Source of the DNA: Bacillota bacterium
GTDB lineage: Bacteria; Bacillota; Clostridia; Christensenellales; QALW01
Reading direction: 5' to 3'
Length of the DNA: 52,156 nt
Assembly: GCA_029007865.1 (NCBI GenBank)
Contig: JAQXIQ010000015.1
Location: 1 to 52,156 of the forward strand
The notes under the pieces were generated by a model that had not been told where the DNA came from, did not search any database, and saw only the letters and a program-made list of their open reading frames with translations. Positions 26,075 to 35,548 of the stretch are shown here, one piece after another (positions within the stretch are counted from its first letter, which is position 1; each line of letters starts with the position of its first letter). A program made the translations under genes and the position numbers.

Positions 26075-27658
26075 TCAGAAACGGCGGAACTCCATAGCCC
26101 GGGTAAAACGCTCCTGAAAATCTTCGTCGTTTTCCGGATGCAGAGTCCGTGCGTAGGTGCGTATATGTTCTGCGGTGGCGCGGGCGCGGGGAGAGTGCAG
26201 CAGCAGTGCCGCCCCCTGACTTGCGGCGTTGCCGATGCCGTAGCATATGTTTTCCGCCGCGGCGGGCAGCAAGCCTATGTTAACGGCGGTTTTGACAGGC
26301 AGCATTCCGCCGAAGATGCCGCCCAGATATACCGCGGACAGCTCGTCCGGACCGGTGATATCAAACTGTTCGAAAAGCGTCTGTACACATGTAAGAACCG
26401 CTGCTTTGGCAAGCTGTACGGCGCGGATATCGCTTTGAGTTAAGTATATCCTGTGCTTGCGGCTTATAAAAAACACCTGCTCGCCGTTTACGGTGCCTAT
26501 CATGCGCAGCTTGCTGGGTTTGAGCTCCTCGGGACGGCGCATACGGCCGGTGGAATCGATGATCCCGACATCCAGCATTATTTCTATGGCTTCAAGCAGC
26601 GCGGTGCCGCATATACCTGTAGGCTCCGTGCCGCCTATTGTTTTGTAGAGTACCTTGTATTTTTCTTTCCACAGCTTGCATATTGCGCCGCTGCGGTGAG
26701 TCATGCCGCAGCTGATGCCGGCGCCTTCAAATGCGGCTCCGGCGTCCGTCGAGCAGGCGAGCAGCACGTTGCGGTTGCCCATAAGCACCCCGACATTGGT
26801 GCCGAAATCTATCAGCAGTACCGGCATAATGCTTTTATACATACCGGTTACAAGGGCTGATGCCACCGCATCGGAGCCGATAAAGCCGGAAATAACCCCG
26901 GTAATATCAAGCTGGGCGGACGGAAGTGAGGTCAGCCCTGCGGACTTGCAGGACAGCGTCAGATTATCCTTTGTAAGAGGTTCAAACGGGTAAGAGGCAA
27001 GAGAAGATACGTCGACATTTGCCAGCATATGCAGCAGGCAGGTGTTGCCTACCGCCCGAACCTCACTAACGGAGGAGGGGGATACTCCGGCGTGCTCCAA
27101 AGCGGCTTTTATCATGGAGTCCAGCTGTGAGACCAGCATGCCGTGCAGTAAAGCGCGCTGCTCCGGGTCTGTTTTCCAGCGGGCTATGCGGCTTTTGACA
27201 TCAAAGCCCAGCGCACTCTGACGGTTGAGTTCTTCCTGTATTGCTACGGTTTGCTTGGTGTTCAGATTGTGCAGCGACAGCTGTATAGCGGTAGTGCCGA
27301 TATCGACGGAAAAGCCGTAATCGTCCTCCGGCTGCGGCTCGCTTCCCTCCTGGAGAGCCTCCTTCTGCGGAAGGGTGATAACGCAGTCGCCCTTTATATA
27401 GCAGCAGCAGGCCAGGCGGTAGCCCTTTTCGGCCAGCTCGTCCCCGACCAGAGAGCGTTCCTCCGCGCTCATTTTGCTCAGACGGCCTACGGCGCGCAGC
27501 AGGCATTTACCGCAAAGACCCTTGCCTCCGCACGGGGTTTCCAGATGACGGATGAGACCGCGCTTTATAAGCAGTGCAAATAACGGCTCGTTATAATCAG
27601 CGGTAAAGCTGAAGCTTTCGTCGGCGCTGTTTACCGTTACGCTGCATTCCACTGCCAT
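26075..27658 (-). CDS. ASKHA-domain (DUF4445) protein with an N-terminal 2Fe-2S ferredoxin domain, RACo-like corrinoid reductive activase family
   Basis: ATG at 27658 follows GGGAG. Plant-type ferredoxin motif CGGKGLCGKC..(C)C is present. The sugar-kinase/actin-like fold shows DIGTT and IDFGTN phosphate motifs. Confidence 0.85.
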   Translation of the reverse strand: MAVECSVTVNSADESFSFTADYNEPLFALLIKRGLIRHLETPCGGKGLCGKCLLRAVGRLSKMSAEERSLVGDELAEKGYRLACCCYIKGDCVITLPQKEALQEGSEPQPEDDYGFSVDIGTTAIQLSLHNLNTKQTVAIQEELNRQSALGFDVKSRIARWKTDPEQRALLHGMLVSQLDSMIKAALEHAGVSPSSVSEVRAVGNTCLLHMLANVDVSSLASYPFEPLTKDNLTLSCKSAGLTSLPSAQLDITGVISGFIGSDAVASALVTGMYKSIMPVLLIDFGTNVGVLMGNRNVLLACSTDAGAAFEGAGISCGMTHRSGAICKLWKEKYKVLYKTIGGTEPTGICGTALLEAIEIMLDVGIIDSTGRMRRPEELKPSKLRMIGTVNGEQVFFISRKHRIYLTQSDIRAVQLAKAAVLTCVQTLFEQFDITGPDELSAVYLGGIFGGMLPVKTAVNIGLLPAAAENICYGIGNAASQGAALLLHSPRARATAEHIRTYARTLHPENDEDFQERFTRAMEFRRF

Positions 27659-27691
27659 TGCACTTTTACTCCCTTGAAAATAAAAAAATAT

Positions 27692-27824
27692 AGGCGTGCA
27701 CTGCGCCTGTATCCGGCTTTGCTGCGGCACATGAAGGAATCCGCTTAATGCTGCTTTCTTCCGAACCTGACATGATTCACAGCCCTCCATCGCACAGGAC
27801 CCAATACAGGCGCACTGCACGCCT
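27692..27824 (-). promoter_or_regulatory. Leader element: 21-nt inverted repeats enclosing 91 nt, followed by a U-tract (attenuator or riboswitch-like candidate)
   Basis: 27804-27824 (ATACAGGCGCACTGCACGCCT) equals the reverse complement of 27692-27712 with one mismatch. On the minus strand the distal arm is followed by ATATTTTTTTATTTT, then the RBS and ATG. Confidence 0.45.
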
Positions 27825-27831
27825 TGCGGAT

Positions 27832-27860
27832 ATTATACACAAGAAAGAGGTAATTTGCAA
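27832..27860 (-). promoter_or_regulatory. Sigma-A-type promoter of the RACo-like gene
   Basis: Minus strand: TTGCAA (27860-27855), 17-nt spacer, TATAAT (27837-27832). Confidence 0.55.
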
Positions 27861-27967
27861 CAAAAATTTATTATCAAAGCAGATGGAAAGCCGACCAGGT
27901 AAAACCGGGCTATGTGCGCGGCAATCATGTATGCTAATACAATTTTTGCATTGAGCGGGTAAAAAGC

Positions 27968-28007
27968 ACGGCATACCGCCTCACATTATGCAAAAGCGAT
28001 ATGCCGT
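27968..28007 (-). terminator. Terminator candidate after the SGNH-like gene
   Basis: 8-bp stem ACGGCATA / TATGCCGT with a partially paired 24-nt loop, followed on the minus strand by GCTTTTT. Confidence 0.45.
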
Positions 28008-28038
28008 TTCAATGCTGAAAGGCTTTATTTTAAGGCTG

Positions 28039-28584
28039 TTATACTGCGGAGTTTATTGCGTCAAAAAAGCTTATCGGTTTCGTTCGGAACATTGTTTTCA
28101 GATTTTCAAAGGCGCTTATTTCGGGAGCGGGACCGAACGGGGAAACGGTTATATATGAGCAGCCGGTAGATTCTGCAAGTTTCTTTAGTTTGTCATTAAG
28201 TACGGAATATTTGGCTCCGCTGGGATCGTAAATGGAAAGGATATAAATATGCGCCGCAGGAGCACCTGAATGAATGCTATAAAGCAGCCATTCGTAATTC
28301 CGTATAAAAGCTTCACAATCCTCCGGAGAATCAGCATCTCCGAGGCTTAAAAAGATTTTAACCGGTTCCAGTTGAAAAACACATTCCGAAAGACATTGCT
28401 GAGCTTCAATGACGGTCAGACCTTCAATGGAACGGTTGTAGCCTGCTGTATCGTCGGTATAATCCCTCATGAGCTCGCTGAAGGGAATACGACTGGCGAA
28501 GGTTGAACCGAAAAGAACCGTACCGCCTTTTTGTGCAAGATGGTTTAGTCTTTCGAATGATGCTTTTACATTTGTAAGATCCAT
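28039..28584 (-). CDS. SGNH/GDSL-hydrolase-like protein (degenerate motifs)
   Basis: ATG at 28584 follows AAAGGTGA. Block-like motifs are VLFGSTF (block I-like), YNRSIEGLT (block II-like) and FLSLGDAD (block III-like). I found no clear DxxH block. Confidence 0.55.
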   Translation of the reverse strand: MDLTNVKASFERLNHLAQKGGTVLFGSTFASRIPFSELMRDYTDDTAGYNRSIEGLTVIEAQQCLSECVFQLEPVKIFLSLGDADSPEDCEAFIRNYEWLLYSIHSGAPAAHIYILSIYDPSGAKYSVLNDKLKKLAESTGCSYITVSPFGPAPEISAFENLKTMFRTKPISFFDAINSAV

Positions 28585-28642
28585 TGTTGTCACCTTTACC
28601 CTTCTGTAAATATTTATTCGCCGTTTTAAGTGTACGGCGTTT

Positions 28643-28960
28643 TTATTTTTCGGCATTGATCTCTACTGCCATCGGTGCGTGAACCGTGCCGCTCTTTCTG
28701 GCGTCCAGGCTCCTGTTGCGGAAATATACCGCAAGGTTTACAAGCACTATGGCTATATTCAGCACATAAACGATAAGCACATAGTTTATGTTGCCGTTTA
28801 TGATTTTGGCCGTTATTCCGGCGGCGTAGCCTGCCGTTATAAGCAGGATAAAGCCCAGGCTCATACCCTTTGCGCTTTTTGCGCGGATGTTTTTTATTAC
28901 CGATATCGGCCACGACATTCCGAAGCAGATAAGCATGACGGTTTCCAGTATCTCTGACAT
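28643..28960 (-). CDS. Small 3-TM membrane protein, PQ-loop/SemiSWEET-like
   Basis: 105 aa with three hydrophobic helices. GMSWPISVIKNIRAKSAKGMSLGF resembles the SemiSWEET LPQ(I/V)xKxxKxKSxxxxS motif, with Q replaced by I. Confidence 0.55.
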   Translation of the reverse strand: MSEILETVMLICFGMSWPISVIKNIRAKSAKGMSLGFILLITAGYAAGITAKIINGNINYVLIVYVLNIAIVLVNLAVYFRNRSLDARKSGTVHAPMAVEINAEK

Positions 28961-29158
28961 ATATTATTGCCGCTCCCGCAGGCATCGGGAGCTCTCCTTC
29001 CTAAGACCGGGACGCTTTGCGGCGTCTCTTTGCTTTTGCCTGCACGCTATATAATACGCTTGACAATCAATAATGACAAATATATAATAACAATTAAATT
29101 GATAAATTTTTATTATGAATATGCCGCGTGGAGCGTGAACACGGATAACGGGAACGGA

Positions 29159-30034
29159 GTGATAATTACGGAGCTGTCTCAGCTAAGATATTTTCTGGAG
29201 GCGGCCAGGCTGCAGCACATGACCAAGGCTGCCGCCAAGCTGCATATAGCTCAGCCGGCGCTTACGCAGGCCATACACCGGCTGGAGGCAGAGCTGGAGG
29301 TGCCGCTTTTCGTTCCGCGCGGGCGGGGCGTGGTACTGACGGAATACGGAATGTTTCTAAAGGAAAGAGCGCAGGATATACTGCAAAGCGTGGACGCGCT
29401 CCGGGACGAGGTGAGCAGTATGTCCGCGCAGGAGAACGGCATAATACGCATGAATGTCCTGGCGGCATCTTATATAGTCACGGAGTCGGTAATTGCCTAT
29501 AAGCAGAGCAAAAACCATATAAACTTTCAGCTTGGGCAGGATGAGGACGGCCTGTGCGATATAAGCATATCCACCAAGCTGTTTTTCCAACGCCCCGTAT
29601 GCAGCGAGCAGTATGTTTTTACCGAAAGGATATTTCTGGCGGTTCCGGTAAGTGGGCATTACGGCGCGCGCAAAAGCATAAGACTGGAGGATATGCGCGC
29701 AGAGGAGTTTATAGCGCTGGCAGGCTCCAGGCAGTTCCGCCTTATCTGCGATAAGCTGTGTGCCCACGCGGGGTTTGAGCCGCATGTGGTATTCCAGAGC
29801 GATAATCCTACGGCGGTAAAAAACCTGATTGCGGCGGGCGTGGGAGTGGGCTTCTGGCCCGAGTATTCATGGGGCGAGCTGAACAACCCCGATGTTGCGC
29901 TGCTTGAGATAGAGGAGCCTGTCTGCAGACGCGATATTATCATTTCGCGCTATGACAACAAGGCGGACAACACCGAAGTGATAAGATATTACAATTTCAT
30001 GGTGGAGTTCTTTAAGCGGCTTAAGGGCGAGTGA
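29159..30034 (+). CDS. LysR family transcriptional regulator
   Basis: HTH region LSQLRYFLEAARLQHMTKAAAKLHIAQPALTQAIHRLEAELEVPLF plus a LysR substrate-binding domain. No in-frame ATG exists. GTG 29159 is chosen and GTG 29135 is the alternative. Confidence 0.8.
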   Translation: MIITELSQLRYFLEAARLQHMTKAAAKLHIAQPALTQAIHRLEAELEVPLFVPRGRGVVLTEYGMFLKERAQDILQSVDALRDEVSSMSAQENGIIRMNVLAASYIVTESVIAYKQSKNHINFQLGQDEDGLCDISISTKLFFQRPVCSEQYVFTERIFLAVPVSGHYGARKSIRLEDMRAEEFIALAGSRQFRLICDKLCAHAGFEPHVVFQSDNPTAVKNLIAAGVGVGFWPEYSWGELNNPDVALLEIEEPVCRRDIIISRYDNKADNTEVIRYYNFMVEFFKRLKGE

Positions 30035-30100
30035 GCATTGCCGCAAATAAAAAACAAAGCGCCGGGCTTTCCGGCGCTTTGTGCGTTGATAAGGTGGGGT

Positions 30101-32191
30101 TTATACCTCGGTATACACGGAGCAGGTCACGTATTCCTTGCCGTTTATCGTGGTTTTAACCTCGATATAATAGCCCTTGGCATCAGAGGGAACGGTGCCG
30201 CTTATTTTGCTGCCGTTAACGGTAAGGGAAGCGGTCTGCCATTCCTGGTCCATGAAGGTGGCCTCGTAGCCGTACTTTACATGACTGCTGTAGGTCATTT
30301 TCTGGGTAATATAGTACAGCTTTGCCGTTACCTTGGAGGCAGCGGAATCCACCGTAAGCTCGGTATTGACGGTTTTTCCCGAGGGCTGGGTTTTGAAGCC
30401 TGTGAGTTTTGCACTGCCCTTGACGACGGAATCGGCAAAGGCCATGCTTTCTCCGGGGTTCCATCCGCTGCCGTGGGAGTGATACATATTATTTATCATG
30501 CTCAGCCGCGTATCGGCATTGAGCTTGACGGTGTCCAGGTAGCTCTTGGAATTGCTGTTTACGGAGAAGCAGCTGTCATCGTTCCAGCAGAGCCACAGAA
30601 CAGGCATTGTGACCTTATCAAAACGGTCCTGAGCGCTCCAGAGCTCCTGAGTGTCCTTGCCGGCGAAGTTGTCCTTCATCCAGGAGAGTGCCTCGTCAAG
30701 ATAACCCGAGCCGTAAATCGGAATGGCAAAGGAAAAGCGGTCATCATAGCCGATGGTTATGGAGGTGATAACTCCGCCCCAGGAAATACCGGTTATGCCT
30801 ACCTTGGAGGAATCCACGCGGCTGTCTGCGCGCAGGATATTTGCCGCAAGAATGGATTGTCCTACGGCGTGATACATCCACATACTCTCCACCTTGCCGC
30901 TGGAGGAATACATGCCGTCGTTATTGGGAGCCGAGGTGTAGCCATCCTGACGGAGAGAGCTGGGCAGGCCGTATTTCCACTGGTTGTCGGTCTCGGAGGA
31001 GCCGGCGTTGACCGCTGTGGGGAAATAGCCGGTATTGTCTATTGCTATTGCGGCGTAGCCGCGGTCATTCCACATTTTTACCCACGGCAGAAAGGCGTGG
31101 CCTCCGCCGCCGTGCATAAGCACCACCGCGGGAACCTTATTGGAGGCGGAAGCGTTTTTCGGGAAGCCTATGTAGGCAAAGACCTTGGTTTTCTTGCCGT
31201 TTTTGGTCATGCCGTCAAACCATACGGCCTTTATTCCGGAGTAGACCCCGGTGGGGTTGTATTCCGACATTTCCACGACCTGGGGGGTGGTGGCGATGGC
31301 GTCCTTCATGCCGTTTGCTATCTGCTCGCTCTTGGAAAGGTCGGTGCTGTCTCCGCTGCCGGTGTTGTTCCATTCGCGGGTGGCGCCGACGGCGGAGGAG
31401 GTCAGGGCAAGCTCGTCAAAGACATAATAGGTCTCGGGAGTATAGCCGGAGGGACGGACATCTATATTGAGCTTGGTTGCCTTGGAAGCATCGGACAGAA
31501 GCGGGCTGCTCCAGTAGGAGCAAAGCTCGCTTATGGGCAGGGACAACCAGCCCTGGAAGCCCACGGGTATGATTACTGAGGAGGGCTTGCCCTGACCCAT
31601 TCCGGAGGAGTCTGCGGTTTCGACCTTTACTTCGGTACCGTTTGCGCCGTACAGCTTGGCGTTTGTTACATCAAAGTAAGCGCTGTCGGAGCCGGCGTGT
31701 GCAATAATGCCGATACCTATGGTGCCTTCGGTCTGGTTATTGACCCATAAGCGGATGTATGTTCCGCCCTTTGTAAAGGCGTCGGAAACCTTGCTGCCCA
31801 AAAGCGTGAAGGACTGGCACCAGGCGTTGCCGTCAGCCAGGAAAACCTTGTAGCCCTTGCCCAGGTCGGCTCCGGCGTCGGTTATGGAAAGCTCGGGATT
31901 GGAGATGCCGTAGCCTGTGCCGGACCAGTCAAGGCTGGAAACAAGCTCGGCGGCCGTACCCTCCTCAAAGCCTTCGATAAGGGTCTTGCCGTCCTCATCG
32001 GTGGGGAGCGGGGTGACCTCGGTTGTAGGCGTGGGCTCCGGCGTCGTTGTTACATCGGTTGTGGGTGTTTCTCCGGCGCTTGCGGAGGGAGCCTGCGTCG
32101 CGTCCTGAGAAGCGGACGGGGCGGGGTCTTGGGTGCAGGCGCACAGAAACAACATGCACAGCGCCAGCAGCGCTGTAAATAATTTCTTCAT
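30101..32191 (-). CDS. Secreted lipoprotein, alpha/beta-hydrolase carbohydrate esterase (acetyl-xylan-esterase-like) with an N-terminal beta-sandwich module
   Basis: GGAGG RBS. Signal peptide MKKLFTALLALCMLFLCAC (lipobox), then a T/P-rich linker. Motifs include VVLMHGGGGH, the nucleophile elbow GISWGG, and a distal His (MYHSHGSGW). The 513-aa antisense ORF is a shadow ORF. Confidence 0.85.
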   Translation of the reverse strand: MKKLFTALLALCMLFLCACTQDPAPSASQDATQAPSASAGETPTTDVTTTPEPTPTTEVTPLPTDEDGKTLIEGFEEGTAAELVSSLDWSGTGYGISNPELSITDAGADLGKGYKVFLADGNAWCQSFTLLGSKVSDAFTKGGTYIRLWVNNQTEGTIGIGIIAHAGSDSAYFDVTNAKLYGANGTEVKVETADSSGMGQGKPSSVIIPVGFQGWLSLPISELCSYWSSPLLSDASKATKLNIDVRPSGYTPETYYVFDELALTSSAVGATREWNNTGSGDSTDLSKSEQIANGMKDAIATTPQVVEMSEYNPTGVYSGIKAVWFDGMTKNGKKTKVFAYIGFPKNASASNKVPAVVLMHGGGGHAFLPWVKMWNDRGYAAIAIDNTGYFPTAVNAGSSETDNQWKYGLPSSLRQDGYTSAPNNDGMYSSSGKVESMWMYHAVGQSILAANILRADSRVDSSKVGITGISWGGVITSITIGYDDRFSFAIPIYGSGYLDEALSWMKDNFAGKDTQELWSAQDRFDKVTMPVLWLCWNDDSCFSVNSNSKSYLDTVKLNADTRLSMINNMYHSHGSGWNPGESMAFADSVVKGSAKLTGFKTQPSGKTVNTELTVDSAASKVTAKLYYITQKMTYSSHVKYGYEATFMDQEWQTASLTVNGSKISGTVPSDAKGYYIEVKTTINGKEYVTCSVYTEV

Positions 32192-32421
32192 GGAATTACC
32201 TCCAACTAAATTTTTAATAATATTATAGAGGATTTACGCGAGTAATTAAAGGTATAATTGTAACAAAAACTAGTACAAAAATAACGCAAAAGACGGCAAA
32301 TGCGGAAATGCTCAGAGGGCATGAAAACAGTACCCTGACGCAAAACGGCAGCGCCGGGCAAACGGAGATATATTTAAGATGTGTTTATTAAAAGACGCGG
32401 CGTATATGCGCGGAAAAACGG

Positions 32422-33507
32422 TCAGTCCACCTCGCAGCAGCCCATAAACGTGCGCAGTGAGGATACCGCGTTGACGAAGCCCTGCTTTTTAAGGGTATAT
32501 GCGCCCTTGCGTCCCTCGGCATCGCGCATAATGACATTTTCCCCCTCCATTATGTTAAGATGATGCAGCAGCGTGGTGGGCGGAATACACATTAAACTGC
32601 TGAGCTCCGACAGAGTATGGCTGCCGTTTTGCAGATGCTTGAGTATGCGTATGCGTACGGAGTCGGAAAACGGACGGAATTTATTGCTTATGACCGCGGG
32701 ATCGGTTTGCTCAAGCAGGGCGCGGTTTGCGCGGAAATCCCTGCCCACGGCAACATAGAGGTCAAAGCCTTCGGAGTAGATATTGGAGGAATACGGTATG
32801 GAGGAAAGATATGTGACATATACATTTTTAATGTTGCGGTTTTTTATCATGCAGGGGTAATACCTGATGCCGTCTTTCAGAAATTCGTCCCCGCGCGATT
32901 CTATCTCGGCTTTGAGCAGAGATATCTGCTCGTCAATAACGGGCTGTATGGAGGTAAGCTCCGAGCAGAAAACGCCGTAAAGGTTCCTGAGTATATCGGC
33001 GGTATTGCGCATTACGCTGCGCGGAGTGATTAAAAAGTTGAGCAGTTCGCTGCGTATGTTTTTGCTTACGCTCAGGGCGTTGATATAGTCCACCAGCAGA
33101 TCCTTGTTCTTGCACAGCTCCTGATAAAAGCCCGGGGAGAGCTGAGGCCTGTTGTCGTAGTAGGAGACAAGGCTTGCGGCAAGCTCGGAGGGGTTTGAGT
33201 TCTCTATCTGAGAAAAAACAGAGTCCGGATTCATGCCGTGTACAAGCCGGCTGCCGTACATACGGAACAGAAAACCGCGGTCTCTGGTGCCCTCGGAGCA
33301 GAAGAGACGGAAGCCGCTTTTGATATCGATGTTTTCCACCGCCTGGGCAAGGCGCGTATACATACTGCTTTCCGCGCTTATAAGCGACGGCTCAATGTCG
33401 TTAAAGAGGTTTTCAAAGTGATTTGTGCGGGTAAGCATATTTGTAAGAAGGAAAAAATCAACGGCCTTCCAGTTGTCCTGTGTGAAGAAAATAGTAGGAT
33501 GGTTCAT
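32422..33507 (-). CDS. Transcriptional regulator with a C-terminal ArsR-type winged HTH and a large uncharacterised N-terminal domain (possibly DUF5937-like)
   Basis: The C-terminus FSDSVRIRILKHLQNGSHTLSELSSLMCIPPTTLLHHLNIMEGENVI is ArsR/SmtB-like. The start is uncertain; ATG 33507 is chosen and its RBS is weak. Confidence 0.65.
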   Translation of the reverse strand: MNHPTIFFTQDNWKAVDFFLLTNMLTRTNHFENLFNDIEPSLISAESSMYTRLAQAVENIDIKSGFRLFCSEGTRDRGFLFRMYGSRLVHGMNPDSVFSQIENSNPSELAASLVSYYDNRPQLSPGFYQELCKNKDLLVDYINALSVSKNIRSELLNFLITPRSVMRNTADILRNLYGVFCSELTSIQPVIDEQISLLKAEIESRGDEFLKDGIRYYPCMIKNRNIKNVYVTYLSSIPYSSNIYSEGFDLYVAVGRDFRANRALLEQTDPAVISNKFRPFSDSVRIRILKHLQNGSHTLSELSSLMCIPPTTLLHHLNIMEGENVIMRDAEGRKGAYTLKKQGFVNAVSSLRTFMGCCEVD

Positions 33508-33907
33508 AAAAACGGCCTTGCTGCATTTGCTCCCGGCGCGCCGTAAGCGGCAGATACAGGACGCTGCGGAAATGCAGAGAAAATTCCTTTCTGTATATTT
33601 TTGTGCAATAGAGTTTATTCGGATTGCGGTAAAAATCTGCCTGTGCATACGCAGGCAAACTGCGCCTGCATTTTAATTACTATAAAAATTATATAGTATT
33701 ATTATGCCACAGTCAATAATTTATTGGAATATTATGAGTTTTTTTGAAGGACGGATGCCGTTTGGCCGCCGGATTATATAAGAGAAACAGAGCCGGAGGC
33801 ATATTGAAGGGTTGCAAAAGCGGGAGGTGTCTGCGAGGGAAGCAGCCGGGCATCTGACGGGACAGCACAAACCCGTGTTTTCTTTTCGACATAAAGATGT
33901 TTATTTC

Positions 33908-33936
33908 TTGACTTTTATATAAGTTATACATACAAT
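33908..33936 (+). promoter_or_regulatory. Sigma-A-type promoter candidate for the DUF1846 gene
   Basis: TTGACT (33908-33913), 17-nt spacer, TACAAT (33931-33936). Confidence 0.5.
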
Positions 33937-34002
33937 AATTATGACGGTTATGTTTATAAACCTTTTAAGCGGCATTGATTAAAAATGTAACGGAGGCTAC
34001 GG

Positions 34003-35484
34003 ATGAAAAACGGTTTCGACAGTCAGATGTATATGGAAAAACAGACGCAGTATATTCTGGAGAGAATATCGCGTTTTGATAACAAGCTGTATCTGGAATT
34101 CGGAGGCAAGATATTTGACGATTTTCACGCAGCGCGGGTACTCCCCGGCTTTGACCCCAACGGCAAGATAAAGCTGCTGTGCCAGCTGCGCGACCGGGTC
34201 GAGATTGTTTTCTGCGTTTGTGCCGCGGACATTGAAAAGACAAAGATACGCGCCGATATAGGGATTACATACGATATGGAGGTACTGCGCCTTATAAACC
34301 TGATAAGCAAAATGGGCATACTGGTAAGCTCGGTGGTAATAACGCAGTATACCGGCCAGGCGGCGGTGGAGCCTTTCAAGCGGCGCCTGGAAATGATGGG
34401 GGTGCGCCATTATACGCATTATCCCATAAAGGATTATCCTATGGATATAAACGCCATAGTCAGCCCGGAGGGCTACGGCAAAAACGACTACATAGAGACC
34501 ACAAGGCCGCTTGTGGTGGTTACGGCTCCGGGCCCCGGAAGCGGCAAGCTGGCCACCTGCCTTTCCCAGCTTTATCATGAGCATAAGCGCGGCAGAATGG
34601 CCGGGTACGCCAAGTTTGAGACCTTCCCTATCTGGAATCTGCCGCTTAAGCATCCGGTAAACCTGGCGTACGAGGCGGCAACCGCCGACCTTCAGGACGT
34701 CAACATGATAGACCCGTTCCATCTGGAGGCGTACGGCGTTTCCACCGTCAATTATAACCGTGATATAGAGGCGTTTCCGGTGCTGCGCACCATTCTGGAG
34801 CGCGTGACCGGCAATCCGGATTTCTACCGTTCTCCCACCGATATGGGCGTAAATATGGCGGGCTTCTGCATTTATGACGATGACACCGTATGCTATGCCT
34901 CCAGACAGGAGATAATAAGGCGTTACTATAAGACGGCGTGCGACTGCCGCCTGGGCAGGGAAAAGGACAGCACGTTAGAAAAGATAAAGAGCATAATGCA
35001 GCAGCTGGCCGTTAATGCCGATGACAGACCGGTTGTGCTGCCTGCCAGGGAAAAAGCTCAGCAGAGCGCCGCGCCTGCGGCAGCCGTGGAGCTGGAGGAC
35101 GGACGGATAATTACCGGCAGGACTACCGATCTTATGAGCGCTTCGGCCAGCGCAGTTGTAAATTCCATCAAGGCGCTCGCCGGACTGGACGACAAAATAA
35201 TGCTGATTTCCCCCATAGTGCTGGAGCCTATACTGAAGCTCAAGGGAGACATCCTGGGCAGCGCCAGCTCGGTGCTCAAGCTGGATGATGTACTGATTGC
35301 GCTTTCTATATGCGCCGCTACCAATCCCACGGCGGCACTGGCGGTGAGCTGTCTGCACAGACTGCGCGGATGCGAGTTCCATTCCACGCAGATGCTGCGC
35401 AGCGGGGATGAGGGTACGCTCAGGAAGTTGGGACTGAATGTGACCTGCGAGCCGGTATTCCCTGCCAAGGACCTGCTGATCTGA
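34003..35484 (+). CDS. DUF1846 (UPF0371) family protein
   Basis: The N-terminus MKNGFDSQMYMEKQTQYILERISRFDNKLYLEFGGKIFDDFHAARVLPGFDPN matches the conserved UPF0371 N-terminus as I recall it. Length is 493 aa. Confidence 0.9.
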   Translation: MKNGFDSQMYMEKQTQYILERISRFDNKLYLEFGGKIFDDFHAARVLPGFDPNGKIKLLCQLRDRVEIVFCVCAADIEKTKIRADIGITYDMEVLRLINLISKMGILVSSVVITQYTGQAAVEPFKRRLEMMGVRHYTHYPIKDYPMDINAIVSPEGYGKNDYIETTRPLVVVTAPGPGSGKLATCLSQLYHEHKRGRMAGYAKFETFPIWNLPLKHPVNLAYEAATADLQDVNMIDPFHLEAYGVSTVNYNRDIEAFPVLRTILERVTGNPDFYRSPTDMGVNMAGFCIYDDDTVCYASRQEIIRRYYKTACDCRLGREKDSTLEKIKSIMQQLAVNADDRPVVLPAREKAQQSAAPAAAVELEDGRIITGRTTDLMSASASAVVNSIKALAGLDDKIMLISPIVLEPILKLKGDILGSASSVLKLDDVLIALSICAATNPTAALAVSCLHRLRGCEFHSTQMLRSGDEGTLRKLGLNVTCEPVFPAKDLLI

Positions 35485-35548
35485 ATACCTGAATATCTGC
35501 CGCGGGGCGGCACGCAATGCTATAAAAGTATAAGGCTGGTGAAAAGAT

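Noticed and set aside
27659-27820. Cys-rich N-terminal extension of the RACo-like ORF (MQCACIGSCAMEGCESCQVRKK..), which looks superficially like a metal-binding or RiPP-like leader.
   Set aside because: No RBS precedes either upstream Met. The extension would read through a promoter (-10 at 27832-27837), the inverted-repeat leader and a U-tract. ATG 27658 has an RBS and starts the ferredoxin domain at the expected place.
33649-34002. The 72-aa ORF 33713..33931 (minus strand) and other small ORFs in AT-rich intergenic regions (24165..24437, 7256..7450).
   Set aside because: They lie in promoter-like AT-rich spacers, lack an RBS and give unremarkable low-complexity translations. The region is better explained as divergent promoters.
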